From Eledone cirrhosa (taxonomy: Eukaryota), in the NCBI GenBank assembly GCA_964016885.1, contig OZ024741.1, forward strand, positions 145,080,001 through 145,144,000: a DNA stretch of 64,000 nt. The letters are read 5' to 3'. Numbering within the stretch: position 1 is the first letter of the stretch; every line of letters begins with the position of its first letter. A program made the position numbers and the translations under genes. Positions 1 through 12,774 of the stretch are shown one piece after another. A model generated the notes under the pieces. The model was not told the DNA's origin. It was given only the letters and a program-made list of their open reading frames with translations, and did no database searches.

Positions 1-814
1 CAAAGCTGGCCATGCTGCTAATTGAACACAGAATGTAAAGAACCAGAAAAAATACTGTGATGGTGTTTGATCTGACAACCGATGCTGCCAATCTACCACT
101 CTAACCTCTATTAAAATTATAAAATGATAACGATGATGATGATGATGGCGGTGGTGATAATAATGAGGATGAAGCAACATATGAATGTTAACTATTTTCT
201 GGACATATTGAAGCAAATTAAACATTATTCCACCAAGCTATTTTTTATCCATTGCTGAATGAAGACTCAGCAGCAATAATGGGTTTAGGCCTGCCTGTTT
301 ATGTTGGTCAACTGTAGATTGTACAGGATACTTCAAAATTAAAGTAATTAGCATTGGCCATTCATACCTTGGCAGAATTTGAACCAAAAAGGCAAAGAGC
401 CAAAAATTATACTGAAAGATTTGACATCCAATGCTTACCAATTCAATTAAATCACCACCTAGGACTGGTAGTTTATTTTATTGAGCTCAAAAGAATGAAA
501 AGCATAGTATGATTTGAACTCAGAATGTAGAGAACCAGAAAGAATATTGCAAGACCTTCTAGCCAACATTCTAATGGCTCTGCTAATTTGCTACCATACA
601 AATAGCACTTAAAATCCTGTGCCACACAAGACCACATTAACAAGGCATTCCTTAAAAGTACAAATCAGCACTATAAAAATTGAAGTCTTTACTTTATTAC
701 TGCAAATTTCTACAAGAGCCTGTTCTCTAGTAAACGTACTATAAATATTTGAACCAACAAACTCATTTTTAGATATCTTAGCTCAATCTTTACAGGATGT
801 AAAGAGTTAATCAT

Positions 815-990
815 CAGTATCAGTAGAGTGACGGACGCCATGCTTTCCAGCATAGTTACGTCCCTTTACGATCTGAGTTCAAATCCCGCCGAGGTTAACT
901 TTGCCTTTCATCCTTACGGGGTCGATAAAATAAAGTACCAGTAATGCACTGGGTAATTGCTGGCCTTGTGCCTAAAGTAGAAACAATTAT
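815..990 (+). mobile_element. tRNA-derived SINE family A (probable Meta-type central domain)
   Basis: B-box GAGTTCAAATCCC, core TTTGCCTTTCATCCTTACGGGGTCGATAAAATAAAGTACCAG, 3' end GTAGAAACAATTAT; about 10 copies in window. Confidence 0.8.
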
Positions 991-1448
991 ATCAAAAGGC
1001 AATTTGGAAACAAACATTTTAAACACATCACCAATGGTATGAAGGCATACCATGATAATTTTGTGGCTGGAGTGCTGATTTCAATATCATAAAATTATAG
1101 TTTAATCCCCTGACTGAGGAGCTTGATATGTTGTTGTGCAAGGCATTACATTTTCACTTTGTGATCACAACATGGCTGAATCATAAAGGAGTTTGTATGA
1201 CAATCATTAGATCTCAGGTTTGATCTCACTGAATAACATCTTTAGAAAGTGTCATTTACCATAGCCTCAGGTCAACCCATGTCATATGAGTGGATTTGGG
1301 TAGAAATTGATAGGAAGCCTGTCAGATAGACAGTATCTGTAATTCAATAGGCCAGCCTTTCTATCACCAATCATTTTACATAGTGTACTAGGTACATTTT
1401 ATCAAAATACCAACACTATCATTGTATATTACATAATTACAATTTAAG

Positions 1449-1735
1449 CAACCCGATGCAATTACCTGCTTCACATTCAAAGGAGATAAATCCCTCATCT
1501 GGGATGTGACATGCTATGACATATTCTCCATCTCTAACTTAGTCGCTTTGGCCACAAACCCCAGTATCATGGCTCGCAATGCATAGGACAAGAAGTCAAG
1601 CAAATACCAGGGCTTGTCTGGCCACTTCCTCTTTGCACCGGTCACTTTTGATCCTCAGGCATCCTTGGACCTCATACAGCTGACCTCCTCCGAAAATTTG
1701 GAATGACAGCAGTCAGTCTAAGGAAATCTATTGTT
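1449..1735 (+). pseudogene. CRE-like non-LTR retrotransposon restriction-like endonuclease fragment
   Basis: Manual translation QPDAITCFTFKGDKSLIWDVTCYD...A*DKKSSKYQGLSGHFLFAPVTF/SGILGP fits the PD..WD.T..D / K..KY RLE motif; one stop, one frameshift. Confidence 0.65.
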
Positions 1736-1739
1736 TGAC

Positions 1740-2231
1740 TTAGAACCTTTGTTTTTTTTGTAAATTTCTGTAATCACTGTACATGTTCATAATTTTCAGT
1801 TTCACTTTGTCTTTTCGTTGAGTCGCCACACCAGCTTTTTCCAAATGACTAATTACTTCCATCACAAGCCTATCCGCAATAGCACCATTGAAGCTCACAT
1901 GCTTTTCGTGTTTCATAGGACCATCTTTCAGGTAGAAAAAATATCTTAGAACATCCCCCTTTGTTGGTATTTTGTTTGGTGAAAAGGATGTAACATATTG
2001 CCCCAGGAGCCATATTTCTCGATCATCACAACGGAGCGAGTAGATACAACTAGACACACTGGTTTCCGCCATTATTCTGCCAATTTGCAACTATTAGGCA
2101 AAATTTAAATTAGTCTGAAATAATCAAAATTACATTATAAATTGATAATATACAAAATGGGATCAGAAAATGCATAGGGAGCTGAGAAAAAAAACACCTT
2201 TGAGTAAAATGTGAGATTCTGGAACATCCTA
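1740..2231 (-). mobile_element. 5' fragment of a DNA transposon (hATm-like transposase N-terminus)
   Basis: ORF 1740..2090 KIPTKGDVLRYFFY...V..HLEKAGVATQRKDKVKLKI...Y.NLQK; minus-strand terminus TAGGATGTTCC next to (TA)n; family call from memory. Confidence 0.45.
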
Positions 2232-2252
2232 ATATATATATATCATCATCAT

Positions 2253-2291
<39 letters not shown>

Positions 2292-2292
<1 letters not shown>

Positions 2293-2420
2293 CGTTTCTG
2301 AATTTGTTTAGCAAGATTCTTTATCTGAAATCGTGTGTTGAAACCGATATTGTTATACTTTGTGAAAGCAACTGGTGCGTGTGTTTCTTATTGGCAACAT
2401 GACCCTCCCAAAGTATAACA

Positions 2421-2424
<4 letters not shown>
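2292..2424. repeat. Short copy of PLE-like family D with 16-bp inverted repeat, in (TA)n
   Basis: ATATTGTTATACTTTG ... CAAAGTATAACAATAT; similar to 10975-11453 and 55085-55460. Confidence 0.55.
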
Positions 2425-2473
<49 letters not shown>

Positions 2474-2825
2474 CACATATATATATATATATACATATAT
2501 ATATTTACATATATATATATACATATATGTATATACATTTATATATATATAAATATATATATACATATATATTCAAAATTAAATTAAATTAATTTAAGGG
2601 TGTCATGTCAGAGACACATGTGCCATATCCACTGTAGGATATGCTCCAAGATTCCAATGAATTACCTTCATAGCTATGTGTGCTTGCACACTTTTACAAA
2701 TTATTTCCTGTGATTATTTCATATGTTTATTATTTTAGATATATATTTATATGTCAATCAATTTCTAGTTGATATATATATACATATATATATACATATA
2801 TATATATACATATATATACACACAT

Positions 2826-5046
2826 ATCATCATCATCATCGTTTAACATCTATCTTCCACACTAGCATGGGTTTAGATGGGAATTGTCCCACTTGAGGCA
2901 AGATTGGTCATCTCGCTGGTATAGGACTGCCTGGCAGGTTTTCTATGGCTGGATGTCCTTCCTAACACCAACCACGTTTATAGTGTGGACTGGGAGGTTT
3001 TTACCTACACGACAACATTACAGCATGGACTATGTGTTTTTTTGTCGTGACACCTACATGACCTCATTTATTTAGGATTGGATGTTCTGGTACCAACATA
3101 ACTTTACAGAGAAAGGGGTAGTGTTGATGGAGGTGGGGGAGTTGGGGTAGTATGAGGGGTGTATATTTGATGAAGAGGTGCCTACTCACTGTAGGTTTCG
3201 CTTTGTACTTAGGCAAGGCGGGTTTCTGTATTACTGCATAGCGCCAAAGATCTTGGTCCAGTGACATTGTCTTAGAGAGGTGTAAGTATGTAAGGTCGGA
3301 ATTTATCAGATCGTCCCAGGTTCTTCTGGGTCTGCCTACTCCGTAACTTCCGTCAATTTTGATCGCCCTGCACATTTTTATACAGCTGTCGTCTTTCATG
3401 CGCATCACATGACCATACCAACGTAGTCTTCTCTCGAGTAAACAGCATCTGATCCCTCTTATACATAATTTCTCACTTAGTTAATTTATGCTTTTCTGTT
3501 CACGTATATTACTATTTCACATCCAGCAGAGCATGCATGCTTCGTTCTTCTCCAGTCTGCGCAGATCCTCTGCACGCAATGCCCATGTCTCACTGCCATG
3601 TCACATAGCTGTTCGTATGCAGGCATCATACAGTCAGCCTTTCATTTTTAGAGAGAAACCTTTAGCGGCCAATAGTGGTATAAGCTCTCTGAACTTTTTC
3701 CATCCAGTTCTGACTCTGGCTACTGTACTTTCTGAGCACCCTCCACCACTGCTGATTTTGTCACCCAGGTAACGGAAGGTGTCCACTATTTCTATAGAGC
3801 CATCTGGGCAATAGAAGGAGCTAGTATCCTGTGGGCGCTTGCTACTTATTGCACCTGAGCACCGGCCACATATAAAATCTATGTTCTTAGATAGCTTACC
3901 TGTGATCCCACTACATCTTTTATGCACCCATACTTTGCATTTGGGATATAAAATGGAATTTCTGCCTACTCCTTTCCTACACACTGAGCATGGCCATTTC
4001 CCAGAGGGGACCTGTGCCCTATTTTCCTCCCTACATATTAGAACTTTAGTCTTAGACAAGATAACTTTAAGGCCTTTTGATTCTAGGCCATGCTTCCATG
4101 TTTGGAATTTCTTCCATGTTTGGAATTTCTCTAGTTCAGCCATTGATTCAGCTCTTAGCGTTAGATCATCTGCATAGAGAAGTTCCCATGGGCAGCAGGT
4201 CTTGAACTTCTCTGTTATAGGCTGAAGGGCAATAATAAATAGGAAGGTGCTAAGGTCAGAGCCCCGATGAACACCAACTTTTACGTTAAATTCTTCACTA
4301 TATTCGTTGTTAATTCTAACCTTGCTTACTGCTTCTTTATACATGGCTGGTATAGCTCTCACAAGCCATTCATCAACCCCTAGTTTTCTAAGGGCCCAAC
4401 AGATAATGGCGCGGGGGACTCTGTCAAATGCGCTCTCCAAGTCAAGAAAAGCTAAGTATAGGGGTTTACTTTTAGCTTGGTACTTCTCCTGTACTTGCCG
4501 TACAAGGAAAAGGGCGTCTGTGGTACTTTTACCTGACACAAATTCGAACTGCATTTCATCTAGATCAATTCGCTCTCTGATTAGTTGCGCTATAACTTTT
4601 TCTGTGACCTTCATTACCTGGTCAATTAATTTAATGTCTCTATAGTTTCCTCTATCTAGTTCATCTCCTTTACCCTTGTAACAGTTAATGATGATGCTGC
4701 TAAGCCAGTCATTTGGTATGACCCCGTTCTGTATGACTTGGTTTACTATCCGGGTGTCCCACCATTCCAGATAATTTCCGCATTTCAGCAACTATTTCCG
4801 AAGGCCCAGCTGCCTTGCCTGTCTTCATATCTTTGATTGCCTTACTTATTATACTACCTTCAACTTGCACTGCTGGTCCCTCTATTGGATCGATGTGGGG
4901 AAGACTTTGTCTCATTCATTCTCCTCATTTAGTAGCCTCTTGTAGTGACACTTCCAAGCTACCTTCTTATCAGTATCAGTGAGGGCAAGTACACCATCAT
5001 CATTACGGACACACTTCTCCCTGACAATATCACGATTTTCCTTGAC
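2826..5046 (-). mobile_element. RTE-clade LINE, 5'-truncated, decayed
   Basis: ORFs 3634..4791 (LLYADDL, PHD-like Cys motif), 4709..4915, 3064..3408; 3'UTR ends in (GAT)n. Confidence 0.93.
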
Positions 5047-5047
5047 T

Positions 5048-5063
5048 TATGTATATACATTTA

Positions 5064-5095
<32 letters not shown>

Positions 5096-5142
5096 CATAT
5101 ATACACACATATATATATATAAATATATATATCTATATATAC

Positions 5143-5177
<35 letters not shown>

Positions 5178-5273
5178 CATATATATATCTATATATACAT
5201 ATATATATATATAAATATATATATACATATATATATATTATATATATATACATATATATATATATTGTATATA

Positions 5274-5310
<37 letters not shown>

Positions 5311-5315
5311 ATATA

Positions 5316-5354
<39 letters not shown>

Positions 5355-5359
5355 ATATA

Positions 5360-5430
<71 letters not shown>

Positions 5431-5570
5431 CACACATATATATATATACACATATACATATATGTATATCCATATAAATGTATATACACACACATATATA
5501 TATACATACATATATATATATATATATATACATATATGCACACATATATATATACACACATATATATACA
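5048..5570. repeat. (TA)n-rich microsatellite tract
   Basis: Direct; separates two head-to-head RTE copies. Confidence 0.97.
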
Positions 5571-7250
5571 TGCTCTTTTCATTGTACGACAACTACAGGA
5601 GAAATACCTAGCTAAAAGTAAACCCCTATACTTAGCTTTTTTCGACTTGGAGAAAGCCTTTGACAGAGTCCCCCGTTCCATTATCTGGTGGGCCCTTAGA
5701 AAACGAGGTGTTGATGAATGGCTTGTGAGAGCTATACAAGCCATGTATAAAGAAACAGTCAGCAAGGTTAGAATTAACAACGAATATAGGGAAGAGTTTA
5801 GCGTAAAAGTTGGTGTTCATCAGGGCTCCGTTCTTAGCCCCCTACTATTTATTATTGCCCTTCAGGCTATAACAGTGGAGTTCAAGACCGCTGCTGCCCA
5901 TGGGAACTCCTATACGCAGATGATCTAACGATCATAGCTGAATCAATGGCTGAACTACAGAAGAAATTCCAAACATGGAAGCATGGCCTAGAATCAAAAG
6001 GCCTTAAAATTAACCTGTCTAAGACTAAAGTTCTAGTTTGTAGGAAGGAAAATAGGGCACCGGTTCCATCCGGGAAATGGCCATGCTCAGTGTGTAGGAA
6101 AGGAGTAGGTAGAAACTCCATTTTATGTCCCAAATGCAAAGTATGGGTGCATAAAAGATGTAGTGGGATCACAGGTTAGCTAACTAAGAACATAGATTTT
6201 ATATGTGGCCGGTGGTCTGGTGCAATAAGTAGCAGCAAGTGCCCACAGAATATTAGCTCATTCCATTGCACAGATGGTTCTATAGAAATAGTGGACACCT
6301 TCCGTTACTTGGGTGACAAAATCAGCAGTGGGGGAGGGTGCTCTGAAAGTACAGTAGCTAGAGTCAGAACTGGATGGAAAATGTTCAGAGAGCTTATACC
6401 ACTATTAGCCGCTAAAGTGTTCTCTCTAAAAATGAAAGGCAGGCTGTATGATGCCTGCATACAAACAGCAATGTTACATGGTAGTGAGACCTGGGCATTG
6501 TGTGCAGAGGATATATGCAGACTGGAGAGGAACGAAGCTTGCATGCTCCGCTAGTAATATACGTGAACGGCAAAGCATAAACGAACTAAGGGAAAAATTA
6601 GGAATAAGAGGGATCGGATGTTGTTTACTCGAGAGAAGACTATGTTGGTATGGTCACATGATGCGCATGAAAGACGACAGCTGTATAAAAAAGTGCAGGG
6701 CAATAAAAATAGACGGTAGCCATGCGGTAGGTAGACCCAGAAAAACCTGGGACGACTTGATAAATTCCGACCTCACACACTTACACCTCTCCAAGACAAT
6801 GCCACTGGACCGAGATCTTTGGCGCTACACAGTAATAGAGAAGAGCCGCTTTACCTAAGTACAAAGTGAAACCTACTACAGTCAGTAGCCACCTCTAACA
6901 AAAATACACCCCTGTCCCACTACCCCCACCCCATCCACACCACCCCTTTCAATGTAAAGTTATGTTGGTACCACAACTTCCAGTCCAAAACAAATGAGAT
7001 CGTGTAGGTGTTACGATAAAAAAACACACAGTCCACGCTGTAATGTGGCCGTGTAGGGAACACGGTAAAAACCTCCCAGTCCACACTGTAAACTTGGTTG
7101 GTGTTAGGAAGGGCATCCAGCTGTAGAAAACCCGCCAGACAGTCCTATGTGAGCAAGACAACCACTCTTGCCTCAAGTGGGAAAACTCCCGTCCAAACCC
7201 ATGCAAGCGTGGAAGATGGACATTAAACGATGATGATGATGATGATGATG
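5571..7250 (+). mobile_element. RTE-clade LINE, 5'-truncated
   Basis: ORFs 5536..5928, 5946..6179, 6291..6554, 6448..6858; 3'UTR then (GAT)n. Confidence 0.93.
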
Positions 7251-7265
7251 ATATATATATGTATA

Positions 7266-7659
7266 TTCATTCCATTTCATTTCATTTCATTTTACGTCCA
7301 CTTTTCCCTGCTTGCAAGGGTGGGACGGGAACTGATTCTGGCTTGATTTCTACAGCTGGATGCCCTTCCTAACACCAACCTCATTTACAGTGAGTGCTGG
7401 GTGCTTTTTACCGTGGTGCCTACACGTCCACTTTACAGTGTGGGCTGGGTGCTTTTTTTCTGTGGCGCCTACACGTCCACTTTACAGTGGATTGATAGGG
7501 ACCCCAGTCCTATCATCTCATTTCTACAGATGAGTAAACTGGAGCAATGTAAAATAAAGTGCCTTGCTCAAGGAAACAACACATTACCTGTCTGAGAATT
7601 GAACTCACAACCTCTCAATTGCAAGGCAAATGCTCTAACCAGTAAGCCATGTGCCTCCA
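7266..7659 (-). mobile_element. tRNA-derived SINE family B with RTE-derived 3' tail
   Basis: Head GGAGGCACATGGCTTACTGGTTAGAGC...GAGTTCAATTCTC; tail shares GGTTGGTGTTAGGAAGGGCATCCAGCTGTAGAAA with the RTE 3'UTR. Confidence 0.85.
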
Positions 7660-7663
7660 TATG

Positions 7664-7709
<46 letters not shown>

Positions 7710-7711
<2 letters not shown>

Positions 7712-8197
7712 AAATAAAGTTAAATAAAAAGTCAAATGTTTAAAATTTAGCTTCGTTTATTACTGCTATATATATTTCAGTGACAGCCATCTTTGGCTGT
7801 GACTTCTTCAGGCAGTTTGAATTAGTATGGTATAGACAAGTACATATGTTGTTGATGTGTATAATATTGTCAATACTCTGATATGCCCAGTTCCTGGTTG
7901 GGTTGTTATTTCACTGAGGAACTGGAATCATATCAGAGTATTGACAATATTATACACATCAACAACATATGTACTTGTCTATACCATACTAATTCAAACT
8001 GCCTGAAGAGGTCACAGCCAAAGATGGCTGTCACTGAAATATATATATAGCAGTAATAAACGAAGCTAAATTTTAAACATCTGACTTTTTATTTAACTTT
8101 ATTTTACATTACTCCGGAGTAACCAAACCAACCTGCGCACTTCATCGAGTGCTCCAGCTTGCATACTGAGGTGTTGGTATACAACCAACATAAACTC

Positions 8198-8200
<3 letters not shown>
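7710..8200. mobile_element. Head-to-head inverted PLE-like terminal repeat (family C), arms about 186 bp, 21-nt spacer, unpaired tail
   Basis: 7710-7895 is the reverse complement of 7917-8106 with few mismatches; HHR in each arm; flanked by microsatellite. Confidence 0.8.
7998..8054 (+). ncRNA. Type I hammerhead ribozyme (family C); mirror copy on minus strand about 7762-7816
   Basis: ACTGC-CTGAAGA-G GTCACAGCCA AAGA TGGCTGTCAC T-GAAA-TATATATA-TA-GCAGT, then AATAAA. Confidence 0.75.
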
Positions 8201-8227
<27 letters not shown>

Positions 8228-8246
<19 letters not shown>

Positions 8247-8450
8247 CTAAAGCGGGTAAAATTCCTGAGATCCATGGACGAGTTCTCTCCAGCGGTCTCT
8301 GTCCCTCATTATCGCTGCCATGTTGATATTGCACTCAGTACTCTCTGGGAGCCCCTACATGGACACACTAGAAGAGGAAGACCAAGGTTAACGTATGTTG
8401 ATGCCCTAAGGACAGACACTGGTCTGTTGGAGATGCAGGACATAGCAGTG
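8228..8450. mobile_element. 3' end of an RTE/RTEX-like LINE with internal inversion
   Basis: Plus 8335-8450 encodes LWEPLHGHTRRGRPRLTYVDALRTDTGLLEMQDIAV; minus 8228-8335 continues MAAIMRDRDRWRELV. Confidence 0.6.
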
Positions 8451-8467
8451 ATATATATATATATATA

Positions 8468-9179
8468 TCATCATCATCATCATCATCAACGTTTGACGTC
8501 CGTGTTCCACGCTTGCATGGGTTTGGACAGGGGTTTTCCCAATTGAGGCAAGAGTGGTTGTCTTGCTTGCATAGGACTGTCTGGCAGGTTTTCTACAGTT
8601 GGATGCCCTTCCTAACACCAACCACATTTACAGTGTGGGTCTGGGAGGTTTTTACCGTGTTGCCTACACGGCCACATTACAGTGTGGACTGTGTGTTTTT
8701 TTGTCGTGACACCTACCCGATCTCATTTGTTTCGGCCTGGATGGTGTGGCACCAACATAACTTTACATAGAAGGGGGCGGTGTGGATGGGGTGGGGGTGG
8801 TGGGACGGGGGTGTATTTTGTAGTAGGTTTTACTATGTATTTAGGTAAGGCGGGTCTTCTCTATTACTGAGTACCGCCAAAGGTCTCGGTCCAGTGACAT
8901 TGTCTTGGAGAGGTGTAAGTGTGTGATGTCGGAGTTTATCAGCTCGTCCCAGGTTTTTCTGGGTCTGCCTATTCCGTGGCTACCGTCTATCTTTATTGCC
9001 CTGCACTTTGTTATACAGCTATCGTCTTTCATGCGCATCACGTGTCCATACCAACGTAGCCTTCTCTCGAGTAAACAACATCTGATCCTTTTTATTTCTA
9101 ATTCTTTCCTTAGTTCGTTTATGCTTTGCCGTTCACGTATATTACTATTACACATCCAGCGGAGCATGCAAGCTTCGTT

Positions 9180-9181
<2 letters not shown>
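8468..9181 (-). mobile_element. RTE-clade LINE 3' fragment
   Basis: ORF 8841..9167 (RRLRWYGHVMRM...GRPRKTW), 3'UTR, (GAT)n tail. Confidence 0.92.
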
Positions 9182-9581
<400 letters not shown>

Positions 9582-9585
9582 CATA

Positions 9586-9803
9586 TGGAGGCACATGGCT
9601 TACTGGTTAGAGCATTTGCCTTGCAATTGAAAGGTTGTGAGTTCAATTCTCAGACCGGGTAATGTGTTGTTTCTTTGAGCAAGGCACTTTATTTTACATT
9701 GCTCCAGTTTACTCATCTGTAGAAATGAGATGATAGGACTGGGGTCCCTATCAATCCACTGTAAAGTGGACGTGTAGGCACCACAGATATATGTAGGCGC
9801 CAC
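9586..9803 (+). mobile_element. SINE family B, 3'-truncated
   Basis: Near-identical inverted partner of 7470-7659. Confidence 0.85.
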
Positions 9804-9825
9804 ATATATATATATATATATATAT

Positions 9826-10297
9826 GGGATAACAAGTTATCGTTATAGGTAATCCAGTTAGAGGTTGTGAGTACTCTGAGTCGTGGATAGTTTTAACTCA
9901 ACAAGATGTTTCCATTGTTATGTGAGTTCGCAGAAATTCCTATGCAGGTTATACTTGGAGTAATAATAGTTAAAGTATGAAGAGTAACATGGTTGGCTGT
10001 ACAATAAGGGGCTTTATTTAAAGTACTAACAATTGTTTTGTTGATCATGTGGGTCTAGAGTTGGCTAATCGCTTGAGGTTGCGTTATTCGATCTCCAATA
10101 GGTTATTCACCTCTGGTCAACACATCAGAGTACGTAGATGTGTTGACCAGAGGTGAATAATGTATTGGAGATCGAATAATGCAACCTCAAGTGATTAGCG
10201 AACTCTAGACTCATCAGATCAACGAAACAATTGTCAGTACTTTCAATAAAGCCCCTTATTGTACAGCCAACCATGTTACTCTTCATTCCTTAACTAT
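9826..10297. mobile_element. Head-to-head inverted repeat (family F), arms about 160 bp, 10-nt spacer
   Basis: 9966-10126 mirrors 10137-10297 with moderate divergence; GAAAC AATT GTC followed closely by AATAAA. Confidence 0.7.
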
Positions 10298-10302
10298 ATA
10301 TA

Positions 10303-10602
10303 TCATCATCATCATCATCATCACCATTTTACGTCCATTCTTATACACTAGTATGGGTTAGACGGGTTGTCCTGTTGTGGGCAGTGTCTGGTCGGCTGAC
10401 CATGCCTTGCTCATACAGGAACTGATTTGGCTTGATTTCTACAGATGGATGCCCTTCCTAACACCAACCTCATTTACAGTGAGTGCTGGGTGCTTTTTCG
10501 TGGCGCCTACACGTCCACTTTACAGTGTGGGCTGGGTGCTTTTTTGCCATGTCACCTCCACGACCACCTTGAAGTGGGAGGGTGTGGGGGTATATTGTCT
10601 AT
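10303..10602 (-). mobile_element. 3'UTR of a second RTE family (RTE-B)
   Basis: Matches 31454-31740 and 42715-43025; (GAT)n tail. Confidence 0.75.
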
Positions 10603-10736
10603 ATACATATATATATATACATACATATATGTACATACATATATATATACATATATGTATATACACATAAACACATATATATATATATACATATATATAT
10701 ATACATACATATATATATACATACATATATATATAT

Positions 10737-10935
10737 GGTGGCTGCCAACTCGTTTTCGAGTATGGCCACTACTTTATATCCATGTAGGAGAACCCCTACC
10801 GATGCGCTAAACGTGTGTGACTTTTTAGTCCGTGACTTGAAAACTCTGGTACAAACACTACACTTGTGACAATTATTGACACATAATGCTGGGCCCATGG
10901 TACCATGTGACGACAAGTGCAGAGAGATCTCCAGA
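10737..10935 (-). mobile_element. 3' end of a LINE with C2H2-like finger (RTE-like)
   Basis: [18 protein letters not shown] in ORF 10599..11057; terminus resembles 33950-33980. Confidence 0.5.
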
Positions 10936-10974
10936 TATACATACATATATATATACATAAATGTATAAATATAT

Positions 10975-11451
10975 AGCGGCGATGAATTAGTTTTGCGAGG
11001 TTTTTTTATATGAAATCGTGTGTCGAAACAGATATTGTTATATTTGGGGAGGGTCATATTTGCGTAATATTGCCAGAATTAATAACAGAACACACTCACT
11101 GTTTGGTTGGTTTTCGCTTCTCGCTGTCTTTTATATATATATATCTGCGATCTAACTTACTCGGTCCTCAACGTTGCCATTGACTGACCGGCAGTCAAAA
11201 ATAATACAGATACAATATAGACACAAACACATATATATAGTTTACATAATTTACATAAATCTTTCGTTGCACATCTGCAACATCGTCAGTGGTGTTATAT
11301 TCATTGTTCCTCCTGTTGAGGACCGAGTAAGTTAGATCGCAGATATATATATATAAAAGACAGTGAGAAGCGAAAACCAACCAAACAGTGAGTGTGTTCT
11401 GTTATTAATTCTGGCAATATTACGCAAATATGACCCTCCCCAAATATAACA

Positions 11452-11453
<2 letters not shown>
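10975..11453. mobile_element. PLE-like family D inverted repeat, arms about 140 bp
   Basis: 11033-11171 mirrors 11316-11453; GAAACAGATATTGTT motif; in (TA)n. Confidence 0.7.
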
Positions 11454-11492
<39 letters not shown>

Positions 11493-11518
11493 CATGTATA
11501 TACATATATATATATACA

Positions 11519-11863
11519 TCATCATTTTTTTCATCATTTCATTTTACGTCCACTTTTCCCTGCTTGCAAGGGTGGGACGGGAACTGATTCTGGCTTGATT
11601 TCTACAGCTGGATGCCCTTCCTAACACCAACCTCATTTACAGTGAGTGCTGGGTGCTTTTTTGCCGTGGCACCTCCACGACCACTTTGTAGTGGAATGAT
11701 ATGAACCCCAGTCCCTATCATCTCATTTCTACAGCTGAGTAAACTGGAGCAATGTGAAATAAAGTGTCTTGCTCAAGGAAACAACACATCACCCGGTCTG
11801 AGAATTGAACTCACAAACTTTCGATTGCAAGGCCAATACTCTAACCACTAAGCCATGTGCCTC
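11519..11863 (-). mobile_element. SINE family B, full length
   Basis: tRNA head and RTE-like tail, as in 13143-13477. Confidence 0.87.
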
Positions 11864-11867
11864 ATAC

Positions 11868-11898
<31 letters not shown>

Positions 11899-12149
11899 CA
11901 TATATATATACATATATATATACATATACATATATATATATACATATATATATAGATATATGTATATACATATATATATACATATATATACATATATGTA
12001 TATACATATATATACATATATGTATATACATATATGTATATACATATATATATATATATACATATATATACATATATGTATATACATATATATACATATA
12101 TATATACATATATGTATATACATATACATATATATATACATATATATAC

Positions 12150-12586
12150 ATGCAAAAGTTCTATTTAAAGTTGTTGGGATACAACAAGTAAATAGTTTTA
12201 TAACTGATATAAAGCACTCGACAAATTTTTGGAGTAGATATACGATATTAATAAATGGAAACAATATTTATAAAACCATATTTATTTCATTATACATATT
12301 TCAGGGATACCACATTAAATTATGGTATGCCTTCATCAGCCAAAATACAATATATAACAGTTTTACAAATAGGTTTGACGTACCATTTAAAATACAACCA
12401 TTACTTTTGGAGGCTGTCTGATGTAATGGTTGTATTTTAAAGGATACGTCAAACCTATTTGTAAAACTGTTATATATTGTATTTTGTCTGATGAAGGCAT
12501 ACCATAATTTAATGTGGTATCCCTGAAATATGTATAATGAAATAAATATGGTTTTATAAATATAGTTTCCATTTATTAATATCGTA
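12150..12586. mobile_element. Head-to-head PLE-like repeat (family A), arms about 164 bp plus about 90-nt tail
   Basis: 12241-12404 mirrors 12423-12586; same family at 51698-52150. Confidence 0.82.
12480..12544 (+). ncRNA. Type I hammerhead ribozyme (family A); mirror copy on minus strand
   Basis: TATTTTGT-CTGATGA-AGGCATACCATA ATTTAA TGTGGTATCCCT-GAAA-TATGTA-TA-ATGAAATA. Confidence 0.8.
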
Positions 12587-12621
12587 CATATATATACATA
12601 TATGTATATACATATATATAC

Positions 12622-12672
<51 letters not shown>

Positions 12673-12731
12673 CATATATACATATATGTATATACATATA
12701 TACATATATACATATATGTATATACATATAT

Positions 12732-12771
<40 letters not shown>

Positions 12772-12774
<3 letters not shown>

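Noticed and set aside
3488-4645. Recurrent ORFs antisense to RTE RT (also 22296-23021, 43792-44733)
   Set aside because: Shadow frames of the LINE ORF; recurrence only reflects copy number
7710-8106. Palindromes as pre-miRNAs, MITEs or assembly fold-back artefacts
   Set aside because: Too long for pre-miRNA; asymmetric tails and HHR cores do not fit MITEs; arm mismatches and recurrence of the same families with different centres argue against artefact
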